From: an uncultured Verrucomicrobiae bacterium
GTDB taxonomy: Bacteria; Verrucomicrobiota; Verrucomicrobiia; Limisphaerales; CAIMTB01
Reading direction: 5' to 3'
NCBI GenBank assembly: GCA_963841495.1
Contig: CAWJDJ010000017.1
Coordinates: 248,896 to 312,895, forward strand
Length of the DNA stretch: 64,000 nt
Both the position numbers and the translations under genes were made by a program. This document shows positions 48,605-60,532 of this stretch, piece after piece (the stretch's first letter is position 1; every line of letters begins with the position of its first letter). A model generated the notes under the pieces. That model made no database searches and was not told the DNA's origin. It saw nothing but the letters and a program-made list of their open reading frames with translations.

Positions 48605-51223
48605 TTATGGCGCTACCTTGGAGTTGAGTTCGGCGCTAGTGGGTAATGTGCGAGGATCGGGCCCCGCGTTCCAATATGACCAGTCGGCCGCCGTATCTTC
48701 AAGCATAGAGGTTGGTAATTCGGTGCGTACCCGAGCAGAGAAATTCGTATAGTCTTGACTCGCAGGCTTGCGGGCCATAAGTTCCAGGCTGGAGAATAAA
48801 TTCCCCGTCAATGGTAGTGGCCTAACCCAGGCCGGCGCAGCCAGGTCGTTGGAAAGAATGCTAAGCTGGGAATCCACAAAATCCCGCCAAGAGTCACTTC
48901 CGCCAACCATAAAGCGATCGTACTGCTTCAAGATTAAGTCCTTAGCCGCCCACAGCTCAAGACGCAGATTTGTTAGTGTGTTGATATCACCGGGCTGCCG
49001 CTGCCGTACACTCGGGCCTGGGAGTCCAAGGAAGAGCATTGCGATTCCCTCAGCATGTCGACAAAGAGGGTCACCGATCTCGCCGTTGGCCACCTCCGCC
49101 GTCACTCTCTTCTGGATGATGCTCCAATCGATGTCGGTGTCGCGAAAGCCGATTAAACCAAGGGGTTCACTGCCTATGTGCAGATGGTTGCGAAACAGGT
49201 AAGTTTTAGGAAAGACGCGCTTAAAAGTGGCAACGATCAGAGCAAACTGCTCTGGGGCTAGCTGGTGGAGCGGAATCCACTGGCAGAATACCCCACCCGG
49301 TTTGAGAGCCGCCCGAGCCGCGGCAAATTGTTCAAGAGCGCAGAGTCGACCTTCCCCGGGACGCCAGGGTGTAAACAAGTCACCAATAATCACGTCGAAA
49401 TCATCGTGGGCGGCAGCACAGTAAACGCGCGCATCATCGACGACGACGCGAACACGCGGATCGTGTAGTAAATTACCGTTATACTCAGAAAAGTATTTGC
49501 TACAAGCATCCGCCACGAGCTCTGAAATCTCGACTGCCGTTATCGATTTCACAGCCGAATGCTTCAGGCTTCCTCCGGCGGTGATGCCAGTGCCAAGTCC
49601 AAGGAACAGGACTCGAGTAGGATTGGGATGAAGGAGAAGTGGAATGTGGGCCTCTCGTTCCATGTCCGGTTTTGCCGCCGATGCACCGAGGAGATATTGG
49701 TTATTGAAAATCATTCCTCGGCCCATTTCTGGCCTTTGAACGACGGCAAGAACACCTTCGCGGCCGGATCGCACACTTAACACTTTGTATTGCGGCGCAT
49801 CAATGAATACCCGCAGCCTGAGTAACGGACCTCGTAGGAGAACGACAATACCGAGAGCGGAGGCAATTGTTCCGAGCAATGCAAGGCCGCGCGTCTTTTG
49901 GCGGAACAAGAGCCAGCCAAGGCTGAGTAATATGTAAAATAGGCCTAAGATGCCGCATGCCACGTGGACTCCAAATGCAGGTAGCAAAGCGCGATACGCC
50001 ACCTCTGAGCCAAGGAGCGCTCCGAGGCCGTTTATCGATAGCAGGACTGCAAATCTCCGCGGTTGGTTAGTGGCGGCAAGATTGATGGTGACCGGAAAGA
50101 TAAAACCACCAATCAGGACGGCGAGACCGAGCGCGCAGCAAGCGGATGCGAACATTTGGAGTATGAATTCTGCGACGCTTTGGCTGAATCCGAGCGTTAC
50201 CCTCTCAGCGATGCCGTATATAAAGAAGAGCGGCGTCGCAGCTATGACAATGGCGGTTGCCGGAAGGAGAGACGATAGGATTGTTTGCGGACCTGGTCGA
50301 TGGTGGAGAAGTCTATCTGCTAGGAAGGCAGAAATCCCGATAAGAACGACCATTGTAAAGAGAACGCTTGCCTGGGGAAAGAACGCCAGTGGTGCTGTGA
50401 GGTTGAAGAGTTCAATGGCGAGGACCTCAAATGCGAGCATTCCGAATCCGGAGCCGAATGCGACCCATAGGGCAGGCCAGGAGAGCTTGTCCGTGAGATG
50501 ATTTGGAGTAGGTATGCAGGGAAGTTCCTGTCGGTCGAATTCGTCGAGGCGGTCGGCAACAAGGCACAGGAGCGCAGCAATCCCGTTGAGCGTGATCAAA
50601 AGGAGCATGGACTGGTTCGCGCCAAGGACGGGAAGCCCAATAGAAGCAACAGCCGCGATCCCTACCGCGCCACCTAGGGTGTAGATTGCGTAAAGGGTGA
50701 CCTCTGTAACTGTGCTGGATCCGCGTTTCCCGTTGATAGCTGTAAGTACCAAGGGCAAACTCGCGCCAACGGCAATCGCGGGGGGCACCACAGCGGATGC
50801 GGAGAGAACGTACCGTATTACTGCAACTGGCCACGTACCAAGTCTATCTGGACCAAAGTTCCGCCAGATTTCGACTGAGAGGTTCGGGAGAATCAAAATC
50901 GGACAGGCAAGCAGCGCAGTTGCCAGTTCGGCGACGAACGCAGCTTGCCAGGGGCGACGTATTCTAGGAAGCCACAGTGTGGTGAGAACCGCTCCTGCGG
51001 CGAGACCAATGAAGAAGCAGCCAACGACTCGTGCGTTGGCCTGTGCCCCAGCCCCGAGGAGATCCGTCATGCGACGGGTCCAGGTCAGTTGATGGCCGAG
51101 CGACGCGGCTCCGCTTAGGAGGAGGACAACCATCCCGATTCTGATGGCACGGTCGCGAGATAGCTGTTGATTGACCCTTTGGGTATTTGGAGAAGACCTT
51201 CCAGTCATATCGTCGTGCTTCAT
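48605..51223 (-). CDS. Fused multi-TM membrane (MFS-like) / spermidine-synthase-like SAM-binding protein
   Basis: About 13 hydrophobic helices, then AHIPLLLHPNPTRVLFLGLGTGIT, AVEIS, DDAR, FDVIIGD, LKPGGVFCQW. AT-richer than its flanks. Confidence 0.85.
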   Translation of the reverse strand: MKHDDMTGRSSPNTQRVNQQLSRDRAIRIGMVVLLLSGAASLGHQLTWTRRMTDLLGAGAQANARVVGCFFIGLAAGAVLTTLWLPRIRRPWQAAFVAELATALLACPILILPNLSVEIWRNFGPDRLGTWPVAVIRYVLSASAVVPPAIAVGASLPLVLTAINGKRGSSTVTEVTLYAIYTLGGAVGIAAVASIGLPVLGANQSMLLLITLNGIAALLCLVADRLDEFDRQELPCIPTPNHLTDKLSWPALWVAFGSGFGMLAFEVLAIELFNLTAPLAFFPQASVLFTMVVLIGISAFLADRLLHHRPGPQTILSSLLPATAIVIAATPLFFIYGIAERVTLGFSQSVAEFILQMFASACCALGLAVLIGGFIFPVTINLAATNQPRRFAVLLSINGLGALLGSEVAYRALLPAFGVHVACGILGLFYILLSLGWLLFRQKTRGLALLGTIASALGIVVLLRGPLLRLRVFIDAPQYKVLSVRSGREGVLAVVQRPEMGRGMIFNNQYLLGASAAKPDMEREAHIPLLLHPNPTRVLFLGLGTGITAGGSLKHSAVKSITAVEISELVADACSKYFSEYNGNLLHDPRVRVVVDDARVYCAAAHDDFDVIIGDLFTPWRPGEGRLCALEQFAAARAALKPGGVFCQWIPLHQLAPEQFALIVATFKRVFPKTYLFRNHLHIGSEPLGLIGFRDTDIDWSIIQKRVTAEVANGEIGDPLCRHAEGIAMLFLGLPGPSVRQRQPGDINTLTNLRLELWAAKDLILKQYDRFMVGGSDSWRDFVDSQLSILSNDLAAPAWVRPLPLTGNLFSSLELMARKPASQDYTNFSARVRTELPTSMLEDTAADWSYWNAGPDPRTLPTSAELNSKVAP

Positions 51224-51616
51224 AGAAAGTTCCGCTAAAGCGCCGAGATCGCGACGCGGAGCGGACCGTCTGACGATGCGTCAAAGGGATTTTCATTCCA
51301 AGGTCATTGTTGACGCGAAAGACCTAAAAATGAGGAATTCGAGGAGGGATGGCGTCGATGGAGGTGCCCCAGCGCACAAAATGAGCGCGAATATCCATTT
51401 GAGCCAAATACAACAGACAAGGGAAATCGGCCTGCCGGTGAAGGACAGGCCGAGGGATACCAAGATCAGCAATGCGGCCCGCCTGGAGGAGTCTGATTTT
51501 GCTCAGACCACGCGGACCGAGGTCTGAGGCAAACCACCTTGACTAAAGACTACAGACTGCAGATTGCTGTGGACAGAACCAAAGAATCCAGTGTGGCATT
51601 GCGGCGAGTGGTTACA

Positions 51617-52321
51617 TTAGTGGCAGGTGACACCGTAAGAGTAGGCGCGCCATGTATTGTAGGCTGAGGGAATCAAAAGAAACCCCTGGCCGAGATAAAT
51701 GGTCGGTGAAACAAAGTCCCCCTCTTGACTCCACCACCACTCGTAGTTGGTATCGAACGGGTCAAGGCGAGAATTTACCGATTTCCATTGCTGGGTCCAA
51801 ACGTCCCATGTGTAGACCTGATCGCCTTCGCTCGCGCTGTAGCCATAGCTGCCTACAGTGTACCGATACTGGTCTAGACTATCATGGCAACATTCAAGAT
51901 ACGGATAGTCGGCATTCAATGGATACGGATAGCCGATTGCGTAGGTGGTGCTTGCGTAGAACGTACGATCGATAAACGAGCCGGTGGGGCTGGACCCGGT
52001 CAGCGTGATATTTGCCGCGTTCCCTGGATGCCAGATCAGAAATGCTTCTCCCGGCTGAAAAGTGTAGTTCGGGTTGTTCCATGTTCCGAATTCGTGACCA
52101 TTGGCGACCCACTGCTGAGACCCGATGTTCCAGTAGTAAACAATGGTGCCATCGGGTGAACTTGGCAACGCCTGCGCAATTGTCTTAGCCTGGAATTGCC
52201 ATGCAACAAACTGGTAGCCATTCGAAGGTAGGTAGACGGTGTATTGACTGACAATCGAGCTAGCGACAGCCCCATTAAGGAGAAGTACACTCGATGCCAT
52301 TGCGATCAGAATTTTTTTCAT
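51617..52321 (-). CDS. Secreted aromatic-rich hypothetical protein with a two-fold internal repeat
   Basis: Signal peptide MKKILIAMASSVLLLNGAVA; PDGTIVYYWN...QPGEAFLI and SEGDQVYTWD...YLGQGFLL. Confidence 0.7.
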   Translation of the reverse strand: MKKILIAMASSVLLLNGAVASSIVSQYTVYLPSNGYQFVAWQFQAKTIAQALPSSPDGTIVYYWNIGSQQWVANGHEFGTWNNPNYTFQPGEAFLIWHPGNAANITLTGSSPTGSFIDRTFYASTTYAIGYPYPLNADYPYLECCHDSLDQYRYTVGSYGYSASEGDQVYTWDVWTQQWKSVNSRLDPFDTNYEWWWSQEGDFVSPTIYLGQGFLLIPSAYNTWRAYSYGVTCH

Positions 52322-52653
52322 AACATTATGCGTGGTTTTGTGATTACGATCGCTGTGACCCACTGAAGCGCACAAAATTGCACGAGATACTTTTTGAACG
52401 TGCGCAGATGTGACTTTCTGGGATTCGATTCAGCGCTGCGATCTCAATGGCCTTGGGTGCTGAAGTCAATTTGTGCAGGGTAACATTGCTTCCGGTAAAT
52501 TGCGTTGGATGGGACAATTTAAGGTTAAGGAACGCAGTAATCGCGGGGACCCAGTGTGGCTTATTGAGAATAGCGGTTGATCTTCTGGATCTATTATCTA
52601 TTTGCGCGGGGAGTTCGATAAGCGAGCGAAATGTCCCAGATGGCGTGGCGAAC

Positions 52654-53624
52654 TATTGAGAATCGCCTTTTATAGTGACATAGGCCGGGATGATGAGTAG
52701 ATTCCGTGCATGGGTAACGCACGCGGAGTGAGGCGGGATTTTGAGGAGCTGGAGAAGCGACGCTTTGCCGCGGAGAAGCTTCTGGCGGCGGGAGTTCACC
52801 AAGCCGAAGTTGCCAGGCGTGTAGGAGTTCATCGCCAATCGGTGTGCCGCTGGAATGCTGCGCGCCTCAAAGGCGGCAGAGAGCCTCTTCGCAAAGCCGG
52901 ACGCGCTGGACGATTGCCACAGCTCTCCGTGGAACAAAAAGAAGAGATCAAAGTGGGCCTTCGCCAAGGCCCTGAAGCTCACGGCTATTCGACCTGCCTG
53001 TGGACGATTGGCCGGGTGGCTGCACTGATCGAGGAGAAGACGGGCATCAAGTATCATCGAGGCCACGTCTGGAAGGTTCTCCGTTCCCTGGGATGGAGTT
53101 CGCAACGTCCAGTGGGCCGATCCCTGGAGAGAGACCAAAAGGCCATCAGCTATTGGAAAGAGAAACAATGGCCGGCCATTAAAAAAGGCCCGCCGGGAAG
53201 GGCGCACTATAGTGTTCGTGGATGAAAGCGGCATCACTCAAAAGCCCCACCGGGTCAGGACCTGGGCACCGCGTGGCGAAACCCCAATCCTTCAGCACCA
53301 TTTTAACTGGGACAACCTCGCGGCCATTGCAGGAGTGACGCTCTGGAACTTCTATTTCCGGCTGTACGACGGATCGATCAAGGCCAAGCAGGTCGTCGAT
53401 TTCCTGCGCCACCTGACCCGGCACTTGCCCGGAAAGCTACTGATCATTTGGGACGGGTTGCCTGCGCACCGAAGCCGGCTGGTGAAAAGCTTCCTGGCCG
53501 AGCTCGATGGCCGCATTTGGCTGGAGAAGCTGCCAGCCTATGCGCCGGAGTTGAACCCGGTCGAATACGTCTGGGGCTATTGGAAGAAACACGAGCTGCC
53601 GAACTTCCGTCCCAAAGATTATGC
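52654..53624 (+). mobile_element. IS630-family element (wHTH ORF 52710-53225 plus DDE ORF joined by -1 frameshift), right end truncated
   Basis: TA plus left IR at 52654. A6G slippery site at 53181-53187 gives KKARREGRTIVFVDESG. WDGLPAH and LPAYAPELNPVEYVW present. Similarity to copy 1 ends at 53624. Confidence 0.9.
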
Positions 53625-54150
53625 TGGTCTCGAAGGTCCCCTCCGTCGCCTGCCGGTCTTCCAGGACGAGTCCCGGCAATGAACTGAATCCAACGATCAC
53701 GCCAGTGGCCGCCTCGGTGCCAAGGTTGCGCAGAGTGATCACGCCGTTCACCAACCCGCCCACAAGCGGTTTTGAGTCGTCGACGACCATCGACACCTCC
53801 AAATCCGTGGCGGCAGGAAATGCGACGAACGCCGCCGGGGCAGGATCCACCGGATTGGGAACGGTGAGCTGCGGTGGCTCAAACCGAAACCCTGAACGCG
53901 ACGGTGTGATCACAACCGCGCCATGTTGCGGCAACTCCAGGAACTCCGCGTGCCCGGTGTCATCCGTGAACTCCTGAGGATCCGCCGCGCCGGCCAGTTG
54001 CAGACCCACTCCCGCCAGCGGTCGCAAGTCCGCTCGCGCAACGCTGACCAGCAACCTCCCGGCCGGAGCGGCGAGGCAGGAGAGATTCCCCAGCGCCAGG
54101 GTGAGGACCCCCGCGAGACCGAAAACCAAAGCGGAAAACATCCTGTCCAT
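53625..54150 (-). pseudogene. Secreted carboxypeptidase-regulatory-like + DUF11 domain protein truncated by IS630
   Basis: Signal peptide, PLAGV.LQL.G...TDDTG...TPSRSGFRFEP, DUF11-like TDLEVSM....PLVG...ITLRNLG..AATGV; reads into IS sequence. Confidence 0.7.
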
Positions 54151-54215
54151 TCCGCGTGGCACTTCCGAATGCTGAAGATCAATTGCCCGCAGATCCAACA
54201 GGCGAGTGACATCGC

Positions 54216-57200
54216 TCACGGCAGGGACCTTTTGGTTCTGGACCGAACCGGAGGCGTTGAAGGCGTGTCGCCAGCGATGCCGAGCGGAAACAAATGGGGT
54301 CGCAGGAAAGCGCCTGTGTACGATCTCCTGCAACGGGCGATGTCCTCCGGGGTGCCGACCGCCACGATCTCACCTCCGGCGTGGCCGCCTTCCGGGCCAA
54401 GGTCGATCACGTGGTCGGCGGTCTTGATGACGTCCATGTGATGCTCGATCAGAATCACCGTGTGTCCCGCATCGACCAGGCGATTCAGTGAATCCAGCAA
54501 CCTCTCGACGTCCGCCAGGTGCAAACCGGTTGTTGGCTCATCGAGGATGTAGACCGTGTGTCTGGCCCGCTGCAACTTGCTGAGTTCCGTGGCGATCTTG
54601 ATGCGCTGCGCCTCGCCGCCCGAAAGGGTGGTCGCGGATTGTCCGAGGGTGAGGTAACCGAGCCCAAGGTCGTTCAGCACCTCGATCTTCCTGCCGATCG
54701 CTGCTTCCTCCGCGAAAAACGCCACGGCGTCCTCGACCGGCATGTTGAGAACATCATCGATGGTCTTGCCCCGAAGTGTGACCTCGAGCGTCTCGCTGTT
54801 GAAGCGCGCCCCCTTGCAGGCGCCGCATGTGACTTCGACGTCCGGCATGAAAAAGAGCTGGGTCGTGATGGCGCCTTCTCCTTCGCATTCCTCGCAACGC
54901 CCTCCCTTGACGTTGAAACTGAAGCGTCCGGACTTGTAGCCGCGCTCCAGGGACAGGGGTGCCCTCGCGAAGAGATCGCGGATGGCATCGTAAAAGCCAA
55001 CGTAGGTCGCAGGATTCGACCGGCTGTTCCGGCCAATGGGGGATTGATCGATATTGACGACTTTGTGGACGTGTTCGACCCCTTCGATTTCGTCGTGATC
55101 CCCTGGGAGGGTTCGAGTGTCGACGAGCCGTTTCCACAGCGCCTTGAAGAGGATCTCGCTGATCAGGGTGCTCTTCCCGGAACCCGAAGCGCCCGTGATC
55201 GCCACCAACTGCCCGAGCGGGATGCTGACGTCGACGCCCTTGAGGTTGTTTTCGCGCGCGCCACGCACCGTCAGCGCCTTCCCATTGCCCACGCGCCGCT
55301 GGCGCGGCGTGGCAATGGACCTTTGGCCCGACAGGAATTGCCCCGTCAGGGAGGCCTCGCAGGCGATGACGTCCTCCAGGCTTCCCTGCACCACCACACG
55401 CCCCCGTGAACGCCGGGACCCGGGCCCATCTCGACGATCTGATCCGCCGCGCGGATGGTGTCCTCGTCATGCTCCACGACGACCACGGTGTTGCCGATGT
55501 CGCGCAGCCGTTCCAGGGTCGCGATCATCTTCACGTTGTCCTTCGGATGCAGCCCGATGCTCGGTTCGTCGAGGACGTACAGCATGCCCATGAGTCCCGA
55601 ACCGATCTGCGTCGACAGGCGGATGCGTTGGGATTCCCCGCCGGAAAGCGTTGCCGACCGGCGATTGAGGTTGAGATAGTCCAGGCCAATTCCCAGGAGG
55701 AGTTCCAGGCGCCCTCGAATCTCTTTCAAAACCTGCCGCCCTGCGTCGGCACCGCGCCCGTCCGGCTTGATCGCACCCAAAAACCCGAAGAGCTCCCCGA
55801 AATTGAGGTTTCCGACGTCGTGGATGGATTTGCCCTCGATCGTGAACAATAGCCGCGTCGCGCGGAGCCGCGCGCCGGCGCAGTCCGGACAGGTCCGTTC
55901 CACCATCACCTTGTCCAGCCAGGCTTCCATTCCTGAATTGGCCTCACCCTTCTGCCGGTACCGCCGATAATGGCGCTCGATACGCCGCGCGATGCCTCGA
56001 AAGCCCACCTCCCTGCCCTCCCATTCGGCCCGACGCTCCCTGGCCTCCGGCGGAGTCGCGAGGGAAACCTTCCTGTCATCGATCCCATAAAGGATGGCGT
56101 TCCGGGCCTCCTCCGAAAGGCCTTCCCAGCATTGCTCGAGCGAGAATCCCAGCGCCTTGGAGAGACTGAACATCACGCGTCCGTCCCAGGTATCGGGATT
56201 GTACCGGAAGGCCTCCCGCACGAAACAACCTCCAAGAATGCTGCGCCTGGGATCCGGGACGAGCAGTTCGGGATGGGTGAGCTTGTCGACTCCGAGGCCG
56301 CCGCAGGTCCGGCAAGCGCTCTCGGGATTGTTGAACATGAAGTACTCCGGCGAGATGTCGCCATAGACAAAGTGATGGGTCGCGCTGCATAGCCCACGGT
56401 GGAATCGATCCGCCTCGGACTTGCTGGCGCCCTGGACAACCTGCACCTGCAGCAAGCCATCCCCCACCAGGAGCGCGTTGGCGACGGCCGCCTTGAGGGC
56501 CTTCTCATGCCGCTGGCCGACGACCAATCGGTCGACAACCACATCCATCTCCCGAACGTCGTCCACATCCATCTCAACCCGGTCCGAAATATCCACCGGG
56601 CGGCCATCGATGAACATTCGCCGGCATCCCTTCTTTCGAATCTCGGTGAACACGAAGTCGAGTTCCTCGCCATAAACCTTGAACACCGGCGCGCGGAGTT
56701 CGACTTCCGCGCCTCTGGGGAGCGAGAGCATCCCCTCCACGATCTGGGCGCCGGTTCGGCTCGGCACCCGCTCGCCGGTTCGGGGGCAGTGCGGTTCAGC
56801 AAGGGTCGCGAACAGCAGGTTCAGGTAGCTGGCAATGTCGGTCATCGTCCCCACGGTGGAGCGCGGATTGCTCAGGGTCGTTTTCTGTTCGATCGAGATG
56901 ACCGGGGAAAGGCCGAAGACAAAATCGACATCCGGCTTGCTCACCTGTGCGACGAAGCGCCTGGCGTAAGTCGAGAGCGACTCCATGTACCGCCGCTGTC
57001 CTTCCGCGTAGATCGTGTCAAACGCCAGGCTCGATTTGCCCGAACCCGAAAGCCCCGTCACCACAATCAGCCGGTCCCTCGGAATCTCCACCGAGATGTT
57101 CTTCAGATTGTGAACCCGCGCACCCTGGACCGCGATCGTCGTCCGGGCCGCGGCTCTCGGGGCCGCGGAGGAACAGTTTCCCGCCCTCCCCGGGATCGGC

Positions 57201-57256
57201 TTCGGCGATGGAACTGCGTCTTCGCCCGCCGCGGGCGCCGTCGTCGTCCGTTTCAT
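54216..57256 (-). CDS. uvrA: Excinuclease ABC subunit UvrA, split by a 1-bp frameshift near 55403
   Basis: [43 protein letters not shown], second [29 protein letters not shown]. One extra base in the G5 run restores [15 protein letters not shown]. Confidence 0.9.
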
Positions 57257-58212
57257 AGCGTGTCGGGTTCCGATGGGGAATCATGGTCGAGCGGGGTCGC
57301 CAGGTGAAAGAAGGCCAGTTCCTGAAGGGCGACGTTGCTTCGTCGGGTCAGGCGGACCGGGATCGAAGCCCGGCCGATGCGTCCGCGGTCCGCGAGGTAC
57401 TCACAGGCGGAGGTCACGCCGCCCACGTCAAAGTTCCGTTGAAAGTGGTCCTCGATCTCCGTGCAGGATCGGGCCTCACCGATCTCCTCAAGATACTCCA
57501 GCACGAGTCCGAACAAACCGGGTTCCCGTTCCGCGACGTAGCGTTCGACGCCGTCCAGCGCCTTCCGGATTGCCTTCGAGGTCTTTCGCGTGTTGAGCAG
57601 GTCCGAGTAGATCAACTGGAAGAAGTCAGGATTCAATTGCAGGGCCTGCGGTATCACCTCGCGGTCCACGAGAAGTCCCGCCCCGATGACTTCCATTTGC
57701 GCCAGGGGGGTCGCGGCATAGAGGATCCAAAGGGCTGTGTAGTCGAGGTCGCCACGCGTAACGAACCATTTCCGCGCCTTGTAGATGGATGGCAGCGCGC
57801 GTGTCGCAGCGCGAAGAAGCTGCACCTCCGCATCGCGTTCACCCATCCTTTGAAGCCCGTCGCACAAGTCGGCGATGGTCGGGTCGTGCGCGTAGAGAAG
57901 ACGGCCCTTCGCCAGGAGCGAATGCAGGAAGGAATTGCGGACCGTACCTTCGACCGCCCGCCGGAACTCCGCGCGAGGCATCAGGCTCGCGTGCAAATTC
58001 CCCCCGCTCACGTCGAGCGCGAATCCTGTCCGCTCAGACCTTTTCTCATCGATCGTCACGAGCACCAGGTCGATGTCGGATTTCTCCCACACGCGGTCAT
58101 GGGACAGGCTCCCGCACAGGATCGCCGCCAGCACCGATCGATCCTCCTTCACACGTCCAACGAAGTCCTCGAGCGCCTCCTGGAATTTCCTCTGGATTGC
58201 CCCGTCGTCCAT
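57253..58212 (-). CDS. Pol-beta-superfamily nucleotidyltransferase domain protein
   Basis: [24 protein letters not shown] (hGS...DxD), followed by a helical domain; ATGA overlap with uvrA. Confidence 0.75.
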   Translation of the reverse strand: MDDGAIQRKFQEALEDFVGRVKEDRSVLAAILCGSLSHDRVWEKSDIDLVLVTIDEKRSERTGFALDVSGGNLHASLMPRAEFRRAVEGTVRNSFLHSLLAKGRLLYAHDPTIADLCDGLQRMGERDAEVQLLRAATRALPSIYKARKWFVTRGDLDYTALWILYAATPLAQMEVIGAGLLVDREVIPQALQLNPDFFQLIYSDLLNTRKTSKAIRKALDGVERYVAEREPGLFGLVLEYLEEIGEARSCTEIEDHFQRNFDVGGVTSACEYLADRGRIGRASIPVRLTRRSNVALQELAFFHLATPLDHDSPSEPDTL

Positions 58213-58306
58213 GTTTGGACGTGGACGGTGCCGAATTGCCTCGCGCCGGACAAGAGTCCTCCTGTTCGCGCTGGAACGCAGCCGGTTCCTCTTCAATCTG
58301 TCCTCC

Positions 58307-60154
58307 ATGCATGTTTCGCGGTTGGTCGCCTTTGTGTTCGCCGCCATGGCCCTGGCCTCATGCGGCGGTTCGTTCTCTCAGCGTGTTGAGCAGGGTCCCG
58401 CCCTCGTCCTGGCGCCCGATGGATCCCGGTTGCCCGCGACCGTTGTTGTCTCCCGTCAATGGGCCGGCGACGTTTGCCTCGCCTCGGTGGAGAACCGCGG
58501 CTCGCAGGCCGTCCGGATCGGAAGCGTCGTTCTTGCGGAGTTCGCCCACGGCCTTGCCCCGGAAACACCGGTTTACGGCGAAGGCTTCACCATGCTCAGC
58601 CAGACGGGCGGCACCCTGGGGCGTCCAGTGGACGAAGGCTTTTACACGGATCGACAGCATTATCGTATCCCGGAACCTGGCGGGAGGCGAACCGTCTATG
58701 GCGTTCTGACACTCCAGCCTGATTCCAGTCACTGGGTGCTTCTGGGTTTCACGGCGTGCCGTCGGTTTGTCGGCCGATTCTCCTTCGACACGAAGACGCT
58801 TTCAATCTCGTGCGATGGCGAGGGCCTTTCCCTGGAGCCGGCTGCGAAATGGGAACTGGAACCTCTCCTCGTGATCGAGGGCGACGAAGAGCACCGATTG
58901 TACGAGCGGCTGGCGGACGAACTCGCTCGAGGTCATCCGCCGATTCATCGACCGCCGGTCGCAACCGGGTGGTGTTCCTGGTACTGTTTCGGCCCGGAAG
59001 TCACGGCGGACGAGATCCGTGGTAATCTCGCCTGGGCGAAGAAGAACCTCCCGGGGCTTCGCTACATCCAGATCGATGATGGATATCAGCCGTGGATGGG
59101 GGACTGGCTGGAGACCGGCGAGGCTTTTGGCGGGGACGTGGGAGTTGTGCTGCGACAAATCCGGACCGAAGGATTCGAGCCGGCGATCTGGGTGGCGCCA
59201 TTTGTCGCCAGCCCTCAATCCCGATTGTTCCGGCAACACCCCGATTGGTTCGTCCAGGATCACGAAGGCAAGCCCCTGCGTTCGGACCGGGTGGGTTTCG
59301 GCGGCTGGCGTCTCGGTCCATGGTACGTGCTCGATGGGACCCATCCGGGCGCGCAGCAATGGCTCGAGGATCTATTCCGAACCATGCGGACGGATTGGGG
59401 CTGCACTTACTTCAAACTCGATGCGAACTACTGGGGCGCCATCCGCGGCGGCGTTCACCAGGATCGGGGAGCGACGCGCGTCGAAGCCTACCGGCGAGGT
59501 ATGGAAGCGATTCGGCGGGGAGCCGGCGACGCCTTCCTTCTCGGCTGCAATCATCCACTCTGGCCGTCTCTCGGACTCATTCACGGTTCCCGGTCCTCCA
59601 TGGATGTCAGCCGGGACTGGCAACATTTCTCCCGCACCGGCCGTGAGAACCTCCTTCGTGGGTGGCAGAATGGAAGGCTCTGGTGGAATGATCCCGATGC
59701 CCTCTGCCTGAACGGCCGGGTCATGACCGAATCCCCCGGCTCGGGCGGCGTCGTGAAGTCTCTCGGCAAGGCGACCGATGATGAGTTTCTATTTCACGTG
59801 ACCGTGATCTATGCCACGGGTGGCATGTTGCTTGCCGGCGACGATCTGCGCACCTATGAGAACCGCGAGAAAAGGCGGTTCGAGGTCCTGTATCCTCCCA
59901 ACGGTCGCGCCATGCATTTCGCAAGTCGCGGCTTCGAAATCGGACGCCTCCGCTTGCCGGAATGCGAAATGGTGGCAATTCTAAACTGGAACGACGCCCC
60001 GCGGGATTTCGCAATCCCCGTGTCAGCCGTGTCAGGTTCCGTGCGCGTGACGGAAGTCTGGTCGGGCCGGGAGCTCGGCGTCCAACAAGGCGAGTTCACT
60101 CTGCCTTCGGTCCCTCCGCACGCGGGCCGGTTGCTCCGCCTGTCGCCAGAATAG
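58307..60154 (+). CDS. Alpha-galactosidase (GH36)
   Basis: [37 protein letters not shown]; lipoprotein-like signal (ALASC). Confidence 0.9.
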   Translation: MHVSRLVAFVFAAMALASCGGSFSQRVEQGPALVLAPDGSRLPATVVVSRQWAGDVCLASVENRGSQAVRIGSVVLAEFAHGLAPETPVYGEGFTMLSQTGGTLGRPVDEGFYTDRQHYRIPEPGGRRTVYGVLTLQPDSSHWVLLGFTACRRFVGRFSFDTKTLSISCDGEGLSLEPAAKWELEPLLVIEGDEEHRLYERLADELARGHPPIHRPPVATGWCSWYCFGPEVTADEIRGNLAWAKKNLPGLRYIQIDDGYQPWMGDWLETGEAFGGDVGVVLRQIRTEGFEPAIWVAPFVASPQSRLFRQHPDWFVQDHEGKPLRSDRVGFGGWRLGPWYVLDGTHPGAQQWLEDLFRTMRTDWGCTYFKLDANYWGAIRGGVHQDRGATRVEAYRRGMEAIRRGAGDAFLLGCNHPLWPSLGLIHGSRSSMDVSRDWQHFSRTGRENLLRGWQNGRLWWNDPDALCLNGRVMTESPGSGGVVKSLGKATDDEFLFHVTVIYATGGMLLAGDDLRTYENREKRRFEVLYPPNGRAMHFASRGFEIGRLRLPECEMVAILNWNDAPRDFAIPVSAVSGSVRVTEVWSGRELGVQQGEFTLPSVPPHAGRLLRLSPE

Positions 60155-60220
60155 GGAAGACTGGTCGATCGCTTCGATCCGAGGGAAGAAAAGGAAGAAA
60201 AGCCTGAAAAAGGAAGAAAA

Positions 60221-60303
60221 GCCTGTCCCCTTGCTCTTCCATAAGGCCTGTCCCCTTGTCCATCTTCTTCGTTCGTCCATCGGAAGAGAAGCCTGTCCCC
60301 TTG
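60221..60303. repeat. Cluster of GCCTGTCCCCTT short repeats
   Basis: Three copies at about 60221, 60246 and 60291; the same core recurs at 63661 and 63688. Confidence 0.75.
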
Positions 60304-60532
60304 TCACCCCAAGGGCGCACTTACGAATGAGTACCGTGGAAAATACTCACCCTGTGTGCTTGGAAGCCCCGAGGACACGTCGGGCGAGAGAAGTCTCCCG
60401 GATTCCGATTTCGATGCAGCGAGGCGGGACTGCGATCGCTCGTCTCCGAGCATCAGATGCGCCACACGCGGCTCGGGGAGGGCGGGGCGAAGCCGGGCAC
60501 TGGCGGTTGTCTCCAGCGCCCGCGAAGAATGC

